Virus record (IMG/VR): IMGVR_UViG_3300009537_002640
Location: 124,001 to 188,000 of that record
Length of the DNA stretch: 64,000 bases
Reading direction: 5' to 3' (one strand)
The translations under genes and the position numbers were made by a program. This document shows positions 56,450-63,841 of this stretch, one piece after another (position 1 is the first letter of the stretch; each line of letters starts with the position of its first letter). The notes beneath the pieces were generated by a model. The model did not search any database. It was not told the origin of the DNA and saw nothing but the letters and a program-made list of their open reading frames with translations.

Positions 56450-56963
56450 TGTTTAATCCAGACAGTTTGTAGGCGAGCCAGTCGTGCTTTAGATCATGGA
56501 GATGGCTGTATACCGTTCCAGTACACATAAGCTTCAGGGTATGTTGATAACTCTCACCTATAAGCTCTATTTCTGATGGCTTGGTAAGCTCCTTGAATTG
56601 CTTGGGATGCTTGTCAATAATAGTTGCTTCCTGTTCAGTTAGAAACAATATGGGGTCTGAAGAGTAAATGTCATCGCAATAGCACCTTAAGCCCTCTATT
56701 CCGAGCCGTTTCTTGATATTCTCTAGCTCTTTGGCCTCTTCCAAAGCCTGTTCTAGCTCCAAAACGTCGCCAGTGGGAGCTAAATTGTGCTGAATGTACT
56801 CTATTTCGTCGAGTAACTTATTCAGGAAGTCGTAGTCTCTCCCCCGCAAACTTTGGAGAAGCTTATCCTTAAACGTGGGAGAGAGATGCTGCGTGAACAT
56901 ATCATTAGAATATTCTAATGCATCAATAAACTCTTGTCTTAAATCAGTATGTCTAAAATCCAT
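56436..56963 (-). CDS. Hypothetical protein
   Basis: 175-aa helical ORF. Confidence 0.55.
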   Translation of the reverse strand: MDFRHTDLRQEFIDALEYSNDMFTQHLSPTFKDKLLQSLRGRDYDFLNKLLDEIEYIQHNLAPTGDVLELEQALEEAKELENIKKRLGIEGLRCYCDDIYSSDPILFLTEQEATIIDKHPKQFKELTKPSEIELIGESYQHTLKLMCTGTVYSHLHDLKHDWLAYKLSGLNNEGI

Positions 56964-56977
56964 ATCTTACTCTTTCT

Positions 56978-57331
56978 TTAGTATTCTGCTGTCACAGCGA
57001 AGCCATTTTTAACCAGGTATTCATTTAGTGTTTCTGAGCTATCTGCTAAATATATGTAGGCGATATAGCGTCCGTATTTGCCAGTTTTATCTTTCTCAGT
57101 TTGCACGACAACATCCTTGTTCAATATCAATCGCTTAACTTCTTCTGTAGCAGCTATGCCCTTTTTGTACTCTTCAGAATCCTTTTTAACGCCATGAGTT
57201 TCAGGAGTATTTATTCCAGCAAGCCTAACCCTTTCTTTCACATAGACTTTTAGCCCCAAATCTAAATCTAGGTCTACAGTGTCTCCGTCGACTACATTAT
57301 AGCAATGCGCTTTATAAGTATAGAAATCCAT
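56978..57331 (-). CDS. Thermonuclease (staphylococcal nuclease-like)
   Basis: 'VVDGDT', 'RVRLAGINTPE', 'GKYGRYIAYIY', 'LNEYLVKNGFA' SNase motifs; no signal peptide. Confidence 0.9.
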   Translation of the reverse strand: MDFYTYKAHCYNVVDGDTVDLDLDLGLKVYVKERVRLAGINTPETHGVKKDSEEYKKGIAATEEVKRLILNKDVVVQTEKDKTGKYGRYIAYIYLADSSETLNEYLVKNGFAVTAEY

Positions 57332-57348
57332 AGTAATCCTCCTATTAC

Positions 57349-57354
57349 ATTATA
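57349..57354 (-). promoter_or_regulatory. Possible sigma70-type -10 box (TATAAT) for the nuclease island
   Basis: TATAAT-gtaata-GGAGG-attact-ATG; no good -35 element. Confidence 0.3.
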
Positions 57355-57370
57355 CCCCGTCCACGATCAT

Positions 57371-57399
57371 AAAAAAAGGAGCCACGAGGACTCCTTTTT
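57371..57399 (-). terminator. Rho-independent terminator after the major capsid gene
   Basis: Minus strand AAAAAGGAG-TCCTCGTGG-CTCCTTTTTTT; stem flanked by A and T tracts, so potentially bidirectional. Confidence 0.85.
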
Positions 57400-57429
57400 C
57401 GTTTTATGGGTTGTTACCGTCAGCTAGAA

Positions 57430-58455
57430 TTAGCCTGCTGCTACATCCTTACGGCCAACTGCTACACCACGTGGGTTGACAATACCGATTCCGATATTTT
57501 CGTTCACGACCCAACCTAGCTTGAGCTGCTTGGGCTCATCAGCTGGGAGAACTTCAATATCTTGACGGATTGGCATTACACCAACGAACTCAGGGTCAGC
57601 AACACCGAAGATAGTTCCAACAGGAACAATCTTAGAAACGATGATGTCTGCGCCCCAAAGGTGTGCAAAAAGACCAGTCTGTAGGATTTCACGCTGAGTG
57701 ACCATATCTACCTCTCCACCAGTGCCAGCTGCCTGACCACCGCCAGAGCCCCAGTTTAGAATATCGTTGAACTCAACGATGTTCATTAGGAACTTGGTAG
57801 TTACTAGGTCCCAACGGTCTACCTGAACTTTAATCTCAGAGAGATCGCGCTTTAGAAGACCTGCATCCGCGATATCCTGTGCAGTATTCTCGCCACCGAG
57901 AGAATCATCACCTGCGAAATCCAGAGCTGCGAAGATGTTGGCATCCTCTTGTGCCTGAATTTCCTGACGTGCTTTCTGCTGGGCACGGTCGATGACGTTA
58001 AATCTACGACGCTTCACCTCAGAAATACGTACAGTTGGGTTTGAAACAATCTCAAACTCAGGGACTGTTACACGGTCTGCGAAGACACGAGACTCGGGTG
58101 CGGAGCCGTTGCTAGAAATAACAACTGCGCTCACATCGATATCACGGTCATACACAGGCAGTGCACCTTGTGGTAGGGGGTCTACGACTAGAACTCGACG
58201 ACCGACGCCTTGGTAATCCAAGTTACGACGAATTGGGTTCGCCATAGCCTGACCAAGAGCAACCTTTCCTTCCTGAGTCATAAGAGCACGACGAACTAGC
58301 TCGTCCTTCTGCTCCTCTGTGAAAGAAGGCTGACCAGCAAGATTCTGGTTAGCCGATTGGTTCTGCTGGATGATAGACGCAAACTTTACAATCTGCGCTA
58401 ACGCATCACGACTATCAACTGCGTTCAACTCCCCATGTGTATTAAACATACTCAT
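57430..58455 (-). CDS. Major capsid protein (HK97-fold, encapsulin-like)
   Basis: 'LGQAMANPIRRNLDYQGVGRRVLVVDPLPQGALPVYDRD', 'PEFEIVSNPTVRISEVKRRRFNVIDRAQQKARQEIQAQED', 'GWVVNENIGIGIVNPRGV'. Start reassigned to ATG 58455 (GGAGGT RBS); followed by a terminator. Confidence 0.85.
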   Translation of the reverse strand: MSMFNTHGELNAVDSRDALAQIVKFASIIQQNQSANQNLAGQPSFTEEQKDELVRRALMTQEGKVALGQAMANPIRRNLDYQGVGRRVLVVDPLPQGALPVYDRDIDVSAVVISSNGSAPESRVFADRVTVPEFEIVSNPTVRISEVKRRRFNVIDRAQQKARQEIQAQEDANIFAALDFAGDDSLGGENTAQDIADAGLLKRDLSEIKVQVDRWDLVTTKFLMNIVEFNDILNWGSGGGQAAGTGGEVDMVTQREILQTGLFAHLWGADIIVSKIVPVGTIFGVADPEFVGVMPIRQDIEVLPADEPKQLKLGWVVNENIGIGIVNPRGVAVGRKDVAAG

Positions 58456-58659
58456 GAAAGTACCTCCAAAAATTAACCTACGGCTCTTCTGGTCGTATAT
58501 TGGTCCGTCCCATAAGAGTCCATAGAGTATCAATTAGTTTTGATTTTCTTCGTCGGTATAACCGACAGGTGCACAACGAAGTCAAATCAGGTCTTACAGA
58601 GAATCGAAATGTGGGGCCGGGCAATACCAGCCCCACAATCGTATTTAGCTTAAGCTATG

Positions 58660-59373
58660 TTATGCGTTGTGAGTTGCACCGAGATACTGGAACTTAACTC
58701 GGTCAAATGTCTCAGCAGCACCAACTAGCTTGCCAGGGGTGGTTACTAGAGATCCACTACCTGAGGTTTCTACAAACATACCGATTTTGTCAGCTGCCGC
58801 GACTGCCGCAGTAGACACGCTGAGCTTACCTGAAGTAGGCTCACGGTATAGTAGGTCACCTGGTAGAGGAGTATCATTTAGGCCACCGGGTCCACCTGGG
58901 CTACCAGATGTATTTGGGTCTAGTGATGCATGTAGAGCATCGCTAGAAACCGCGTACAATCCTGGCTTGTCCCACGCTGTCACCTTACCAGAACCTGCTG
59001 CAGTGTGAGGTCCTAGCAAAGAACCGCCACTGGAAGTTGTGGTAGCAAGACCAACCGGCGTACCGATTAGCTCACCAAACAAGGTGCCATAGTGTGCCTG
59101 ACCGTCGTCTAGCAAGTAGAAAAGCTTACGAGTCTCAGTTGCAGTATCGGCGATACGAAGCACTGGACGACTTGCAGTAGGGGTACCTACGTCAACTTCG
59201 TCTGCAACGTAACCGTCGAGAACATCTGATGCTGCCTTTTCGCTTGCACTGTTGGTGCGAGATGCCTCGTCTAGAGTACCAACCTCACCGCCAAGGACGT
59301 TTGCTAGATCTGTGTCTAGGCAGTCAAACTGACCCAAAGGCTGAAGACCTGGCTGTAATAGATATAATGCCAT
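58660..59373 (-). CDS. Capsid accessory/decoration protein
   Basis: Directly upstream of the MCP; Gly-rich beta protein with 'AAGSGKVTAWDKPGLYAV'; start reassigned to ATG 59373 (GGAGG RBS). Confidence 0.6.
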   Translation of the reverse strand: MALYLLQPGLQPLGQFDCLDTDLANVLGGEVGTLDEASRTNSASEKAASDVLDGYVADEVDVGTPTASRPVLRIADTATETRKLFYLLDDGQAHYGTLFGELIGTPVGLATTTSSGGSLLGPHTAAGSGKVTAWDKPGLYAVSSDALHASLDPNTSGSPGGPGGLNDTPLPGDLLYREPTSGKLSVSTAAVAAADKIGMFVETSGSGSLVTTPGKLVGAAETFDRVKFQYLGATHNA

Positions 59374-59464
59374 TTTGTTATCCTCCAAATTAGTTTTTGG
59401 GTGGTAAATTCTCACTGACGAAGCAAATTCGATATAGAGAACAACCTTCTTATACTTACATCTA

Positions 59465-59475
59465 AATATTAGTAG
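59465..59475 (-). promoter_or_regulatory. Putative late promoter motif CTACTAATATT
   Basis: TA(C/T)TAATA copy about 90 nt upstream of the decoration-MCP unit. Confidence 0.6.
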
Positions 59476-59489
59476 ATTTCTTTCGCGAC

Positions 59490-61010
59490 TTAGTAGTTAT
59501 TTACTATGTTAAATGCTTCAATTAGGGTATTTCGGTCGGTTATTCGGCCATCTGGGGCTACTAAGGCACCAGTCCATTCGTCGGTTTTTGACCTTTTATT
59601 GAAGTCTTGCTCTAATCTTTTCAGGGTCTGTATCGTATTTCGGTCTACTCGTCCAGTTTGCTGTATACCCAAAAGACCTTGTATCTCAGAAACCTCATTC
59701 TTACCAGGCTCTTTAATGGTCATGCCAGGAGTCTTGGATATATCGGCTGAAACACCCAGTCGTTCTGCTAATCCTACCAAAGTATTAGTTGATTCTTGAA
59801 CAAAAGTAGTTATCTTCTGACCTAATTGTTTGGCTAATTCTGGATTATCGCTACCCTCTACAACCGTCTGCCAATCTCCAAGAGCGCCGTTGATGTCATT
59901 TATTTCTTTAGACATCTTAGTTACATACATCTGGATTGCCCTTTCTGCATTTTCGCCTTTCAGAGCACTATCTACACCTGCAGAAAGTCTTGCCATATCG
60001 GATAAGGAGCCTTTAGCTTCATTAACCACTACCCTTCCTCTACCAGATACTTCTAACCTGGATAATTCAGAGGAAAGCCCATTGCTTGCTTTGCTATTTT
60101 CTGCTGGAGGGTTATCGTCAAACCAACTATATATCTTTAACAACGCTGCCCCACCTGCCAATGCTGCAGCGGACAACCCTAATCTCCTTGCAGTATCACC
60201 CACAGTTAGACCCATAATTTTCTGTCGAGTGGTTAGCTTTCCACCGCCTGCAATTAGGTCTGCTATTTTGTCTTTTGACATTAGCTTACTTAGTCGAGCG
60301 TTATTCTGAGGATTAGCCAGCCACAATTCCAATTGACGAGATGCCGCAGGATTCCTCTTAAGAGCTATATATTTTCTCACGAATGCCGTGTCAGAACCAG
60401 ATGTGGTTTGCTTCATAATATTCTGTGTCAGATTGAAAGCCTCTTCGTATTTTCCTCGTGCTTGTGCAACACCAGGATGAGTCATTGGGGCATCTGAGGA
60501 GCGTAATACATCAAGAGCACCTCTTACATTACCACTATTAGCATTTTGCCATGCACCAGATAGAGTTTCCATCAACTTTTGATTCTCAGTCACTCTACCC
60601 TGCAAGTCCATCAGCATCTGTTCTGCTTGTTCATGTGCAACTTGGTCTAATTGTTGTGGGTCTACTTTTTTCGTAGGATAAACAGTTCTAGTAAGCCTTT
60701 GAATTTCTCGCTGGTCTTCTAGAATTTCAGCCCTAAGTCTTTGCAAAGCTTTAGATAAGTCGCCGTGTCCAGAGCGAACAAGCTTTGTAACCTCTGCTCC
60801 AGCTTTTTCTCCGAGGTCACTAACCTGTTTAAAATCAGTCACAAGCTTTTCAGCCATTCGGGCAGCACCCTCTGCACTTTCTTCAACTGCTTCTTTTCCA
60901 GCGCGAGCCCACCATTTAGCAGATGCACGAGCAAGATCATCGCTGGCACTACCAAATGCTTTAGCAACAGCTTTAGCTACTGGGCTTACCAACTTTCTAA
61001 GTAGGCCCAC
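59490..61010 (-). CDS. Putative internal head/ejection protein with a C-terminal peptidoglycan-binding-like domain; probably made as a -1 frameshift fusion with the upstream ORF
   Basis: Helical protein with hydrophobic 'LGLSAAALAGGAALL' and 'VSEIQGLLGIQQTGRVDRNTIQTL'; the GTG start has no SD, and the frame stays open upstream through a slippery site. Confidence 0.55.
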   Translation of the reverse strand: MGLLRKLVSPVAKAVAKAFGSASDDLARASAKWWARAGKEAVEESAEGAARMAEKLVTDFKQVSDLGEKAGAEVTKLVRSGHGDLSKALQRLRAEILEDQREIQRLTRTVYPTKKVDPQQLDQVAHEQAEQMLMDLQGRVTENQKLMETLSGAWQNANSGNVRGALDVLRSSDAPMTHPGVAQARGKYEEAFNLTQNIMKQTTSGSDTAFVRKYIALKRNPAASRQLELWLANPQNNARLSKLMSKDKIADLIAGGGKLTTRQKIMGLTVGDTARRLGLSAAALAGGAALLKIYSWFDDNPPAENSKASNGLSSELSRLEVSGRGRVVVNEAKGSLSDMARLSAGVDSALKGENAERAIQMYVTKMSKEINDINGALGDWQTVVEGSDNPELAKQLGQKITTFVQESTNTLVGLAERLGVSADISKTPGMTIKEPGKNEVSEIQGLLGIQQTGRVDRNTIQTLKRLEQDFNKRSKTDEWTGALVAPDGRITDRNTLIEAFNIVNNY

Positions 61011-61051
61011 AGGTATAGCTGTTTTATGTAGTGGACTTACCCGACTGCTGA

Positions 61052-61582
61052 TTACCCTTCGTCTGTCGGTGCCTCGTCGAAAGGGGGGCCAGCCTCCTCT
61101 GCAAGTAGAGCTTCTAGTTCAGCATCTATGTTGTCTGCAGAATCATTCATGGCACTCAGTGTATCAGACATCTGGGTCACAACTCTTTTCGCTGCATCAG
61201 TTAGAGAGTTAGCTACATCAGTTGCACCAACTTCTTCTGCAGCTTCAGCCATTTTTACTAGACGAACAACAGTATGAGCATATCTACCCACCAAGGAGCC
61301 GGTTGGGCTTTTATTCAACATTTCTATGAGCTTCTTCTGCTGCTCTACTTGATTTTCTACCAAGCCACCATCACCGCGAGCTTCTGCAACATAGACTGGC
61401 TCTGGATGAGCCTCCTCTATTATGCTCTTCTCTGGCTGGTCTAGTCTCTTCTTTCGGATAGTTTCTACATCCTCTTGGTAAGGATTAGGCTCTGGTAATG
61501 CGGTCTTCTTAAGACCTAAGACATTAGTTTCAGAAGCAATCTTTAGAAACTCTATCATAACCTCGGAATTTTCCCAATTCAT
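61052..61582 (-). CDS. Putative internal head/scaffold-like protein
   Basis: 176 aa; N-terminal 'WENSEVMIEFLKIA' leader; motifs LKKTA and LVKMA. Confidence 0.55.
   Translation of the reverse strand: MNWENSEVMIEFLKIASETNVLGLKKTALPEPNPYQEDVETIRKKRLDQPEKSIIEEAHPEPVYVAEARGDGGLVENQVEQQKKLIEMLNKSPTGSLVGRYAHTVVRLVKMAEAAEEVGATDVANSLTDAAKRVVTQMSDTLSAMNDSADNIDAELEALLAEEAGPPFDEAPTDEG
61079..61085 (-). other. Putative -1 ribosomal frameshift heptamer C CCT TTC
   Basis: X XXY YYZ in the frame of 61052..61582; the -1 frame is that of 59490..61010; internal GGAGG at 61097-61093. Confidence 0.6.
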
Positions 61583-61584
61583 AT

Positions 61585-62193
61585 TTAGCTCCTTGGCCCC
61601 ATATATCCTTGGGGACCATAATTTTTCGGGTCTAGCGATGGGTCTTTTGGAAGAAACTGAAAAGCACCAGCCATCTCTTCACCCTTCTCTCTGGCACCCT
61701 CTTCATTTCCACTAGTAAACATATCGTAAATTTCGCCTATCTTGGTAAAGCCAAAAGCAAACAGTAGATACTTAGCTGCACGCCAAAGATTCTTTAGTAG
61801 TGCTCGTGGACTTATAACATATTTCCATATGAACTTAAGCACCACACTTGCGAACGCTTCCTTTACTATCTGGTTTTCCATAGAACTAGCGATTTTGTTT
61901 ATTCGTTCATCGTTTAGGTTGGCTGTTGCTGGCATTCCAAAAAGCTGTGTAGTAACACCTTGTTCATCGAGCCATCTACCAAAGTCCTCTAACCCATATC
62001 CGTAATTAGATAAAACTTTATCAAGGGCAGTTATCATCATTCCGCTCCAACCGAAAACAGATGGGGCGTATGATATCAATCTAAAAAGATTTTGCCCGGG
62101 GCCTTGATCGGTTCTCCACATACCTTGAACCATTTTCTTTATGCCTTCTGCAACAAATGCTCGTTTTGAAATATATCGCATAGCTTTGTCCAT
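61585..62193 (-). CDS. Putative internal head protein with hydrophobic helices
   Basis: Start reassigned to ATG 62193 (TAATG coupling); motifs ISKRA and IVKEA, each followed by an amphipathic/hydrophobic segment. Confidence 0.55.
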   Translation of the reverse strand: MDKAMRYISKRAFVAEGIKKMVQGMWRTDQGPGQNLFRLISYAPSVFGWSGMMITALDKVLSNYGYGLEDFGRWLDEQGVTTQLFGMPATANLNDERINKIASSMENQIVKEAFASVVLKFIWKYVISPRALLKNLWRAAKYLLFAFGFTKIGEIYDMFTSGNEEGAREKGEEMAGAFQFLPKDPSLDPKNYGPQGYMGPRS

Positions 62194-63830
62194 TATAGAA
62201 TCGAATTGCGTCCCTGAAAACGGCCATAGTTCCTCTTTACATAATCTTGTAGCATAGGCATGCTCCAATCAGATGGAGGGGGCAGTCCTCTTGGTCCCTT
62301 AAATACCTGTGACACCAGTCGCACTTGATTCTCTCTACTAAAACCCCTATTAGCTAGCCAAGTTTGTGCCGGTGTTCCATCAATAAACTTGTTATTGAGT
62401 GCAGCTAAAATTTCTGCACCTGTAGGGTTCCACTTATGAGGCTGCTCTTCAACATCATAGGTTCCGCCACCATACTGAACTCCAGTCTGTCGCTCTTGTG
62501 GAGCTGCACCAGGCTGAGTACTTTGTTGCACTGTCTGTGACAGAGTATTAACCTTTTGGCTTATAGCATTCAATACAGCAGGATTTTTACCAACTACCCT
62601 ATAGTCTGTTTGTGGCACATTCATCCACTGACGCAAACGAGGAGACGAATTCATAAATGTCTCCAGCGCCTTTTGAGTATTTGGTCCATAAATGCCGTCT
62701 TCATTGATTCTGCTTGCGCCAGTACTATATGCCTGGTTAAGATAGTTCAAAGACTGTTGCATGCTTGTTACGGCTGGATTCCTTCTGGACAATTGTCGCT
62801 GAGTCCTCTCTTTCTTAGCCGCTCCAGCTGGCCCCCTAAGAGTAACTTGAGTTCCGTCGCCAAGTGTTAGAGCGCGTTTAGACAACCGCTCCTTAGAGCT
62901 TGCTGTAGTAGCAGCAGTGCCTAAGGCTTTTTCAAACAAGCCATGAAGCATAACTAAACTCTGAACGTTGTTCTTAACATCTTCAAGAGTTGCACTCTTT
63001 GATGCCAACGCTTCTGCCAAGTTGTATCCTGCTTCTTCGCTCTTATTATCGAATTTAGGAGGTCCGCCAAAGCGCTCAGAAAGCTGGTCATACATAGATT
63101 TTACTTTCTGCCCAAGCTCAGCAAGGTCCTTATTTAAAGTCTGCCCATATTCCTCGACAGCTTTCTGCATAACGGCCTTTTGTTCAGATGCTGCTTTTTC
63201 TTTTAGCTGTAACATAGCAGTTAGTGTCTTATCAATTGCCTGTTCAGCCTGCTCAGCATCACCAGATATCAAACCACCATAACCCCAATCGGTAAGTTTT
63301 GGCTTCAATTGCGTAGGAAACCACTCCTTAAGGCTAACAAGATACTTTGTAAGTTCTGTTAGAGCATTAAGCTTACCTTTGGTTTGTTGAAGTTTCTCTT
63401 CCTCAGACTCAGGAACATCCTGAACGCCCATAGCCGCCTTAAACTCTTTTAGTTTGCCGGTGACTTTTTCTATCTGAGCTTTGGTTTGTTCGTCCTTAGG
63501 ATCTAAGTCCTCAAACCTTTCCACTAAATCATCCAAATTATCATCAGCCAGCTTAGTAGCCTGCCAAACAATAGTAGCTCCAAGAATAAGAGCCATTGCC
63601 GCCCAGCCTGCTGGTCCTGCAGGAGCAAACATTCCAGCTACTGCAGCGGCTTTACCGGTGACACCAAGAGCTAATGCGGCTTTAGCAGCACCAATAACTG
63701 CTGCCTCCGTAGCTACATTGCTTAATATAGCTTCGCCCCAGTCAGAACTAGCGGCTTCTTTCACTATAGCAGGGGCCATAGCAATACGCGCATATTCCTG
63801 CATGATTTCGCTATTTTCAAACTGAGACAT
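62193..63830 (-). CDS. Putative internal head/ejection protein with a Gly/Ala-rich hydrophobic hairpin and a peptidoglycan-binding domain
   Basis: Start ATG 63830 (GGAG RBS); 'VTSMQQSLNYL...EDGIYGPNTQKALETF' is a PG_binding_1-type motif; IVKEA and LSKRA motifs. Confidence 0.65.
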   Translation of the reverse strand: MSQFENSEIMQEYARIAMAPAIVKEAASSDWGEAILSNVATEAAVIGAAKAALALGVTGKAAAVAGMFAPAGPAGWAAMALILGATIVWQATKLADDNLDDLVERFEDLDPKDEQTKAQIEKVTGKLKEFKAAMGVQDVPESEEEKLQQTKGKLNALTELTKYLVSLKEWFPTQLKPKLTDWGYGGLISGDAEQAEQAIDKTLTAMLQLKEKAASEQKAVMQKAVEEYGQTLNKDLAELGQKVKSMYDQLSERFGGPPKFDNKSEEAGYNLAEALASKSATLEDVKNNVQSLVMLHGLFEKALGTAATTASSKERLSKRALTLGDGTQVTLRGPAGAAKKERTQRQLSRRNPAVTSMQQSLNYLNQAYSTGASRINEDGIYGPNTQKALETFMNSSPRLRQWMNVPQTDYRVVGKNPAVLNAISQKVNTLSQTVQQSTQPGAAPQERQTGVQYGGGTYDVEEQPHKWNPTGAEILAALNNKFIDGTPAQTWLANRGFSRENQVRLVSQVFKGPRGLPPPSDWSMPMLQDYVKRNYGRFQGRNSIL

Positions 63831-63841
63831 ATAGCTCTCCA

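Noticed and set aside
57430-58455. Cellular encapsulin nanocompartment or contractile injection system instead of a phage
   Set aside because: A capsid protein co-occurs with sheath, neck, fibre and internal head genes in one phage-like late region.
58540-58640. tRNA in the structured intergenic region
   Set aside because: No cloverleaf, T-loop (GTTCRA) or acceptor stem could be built.
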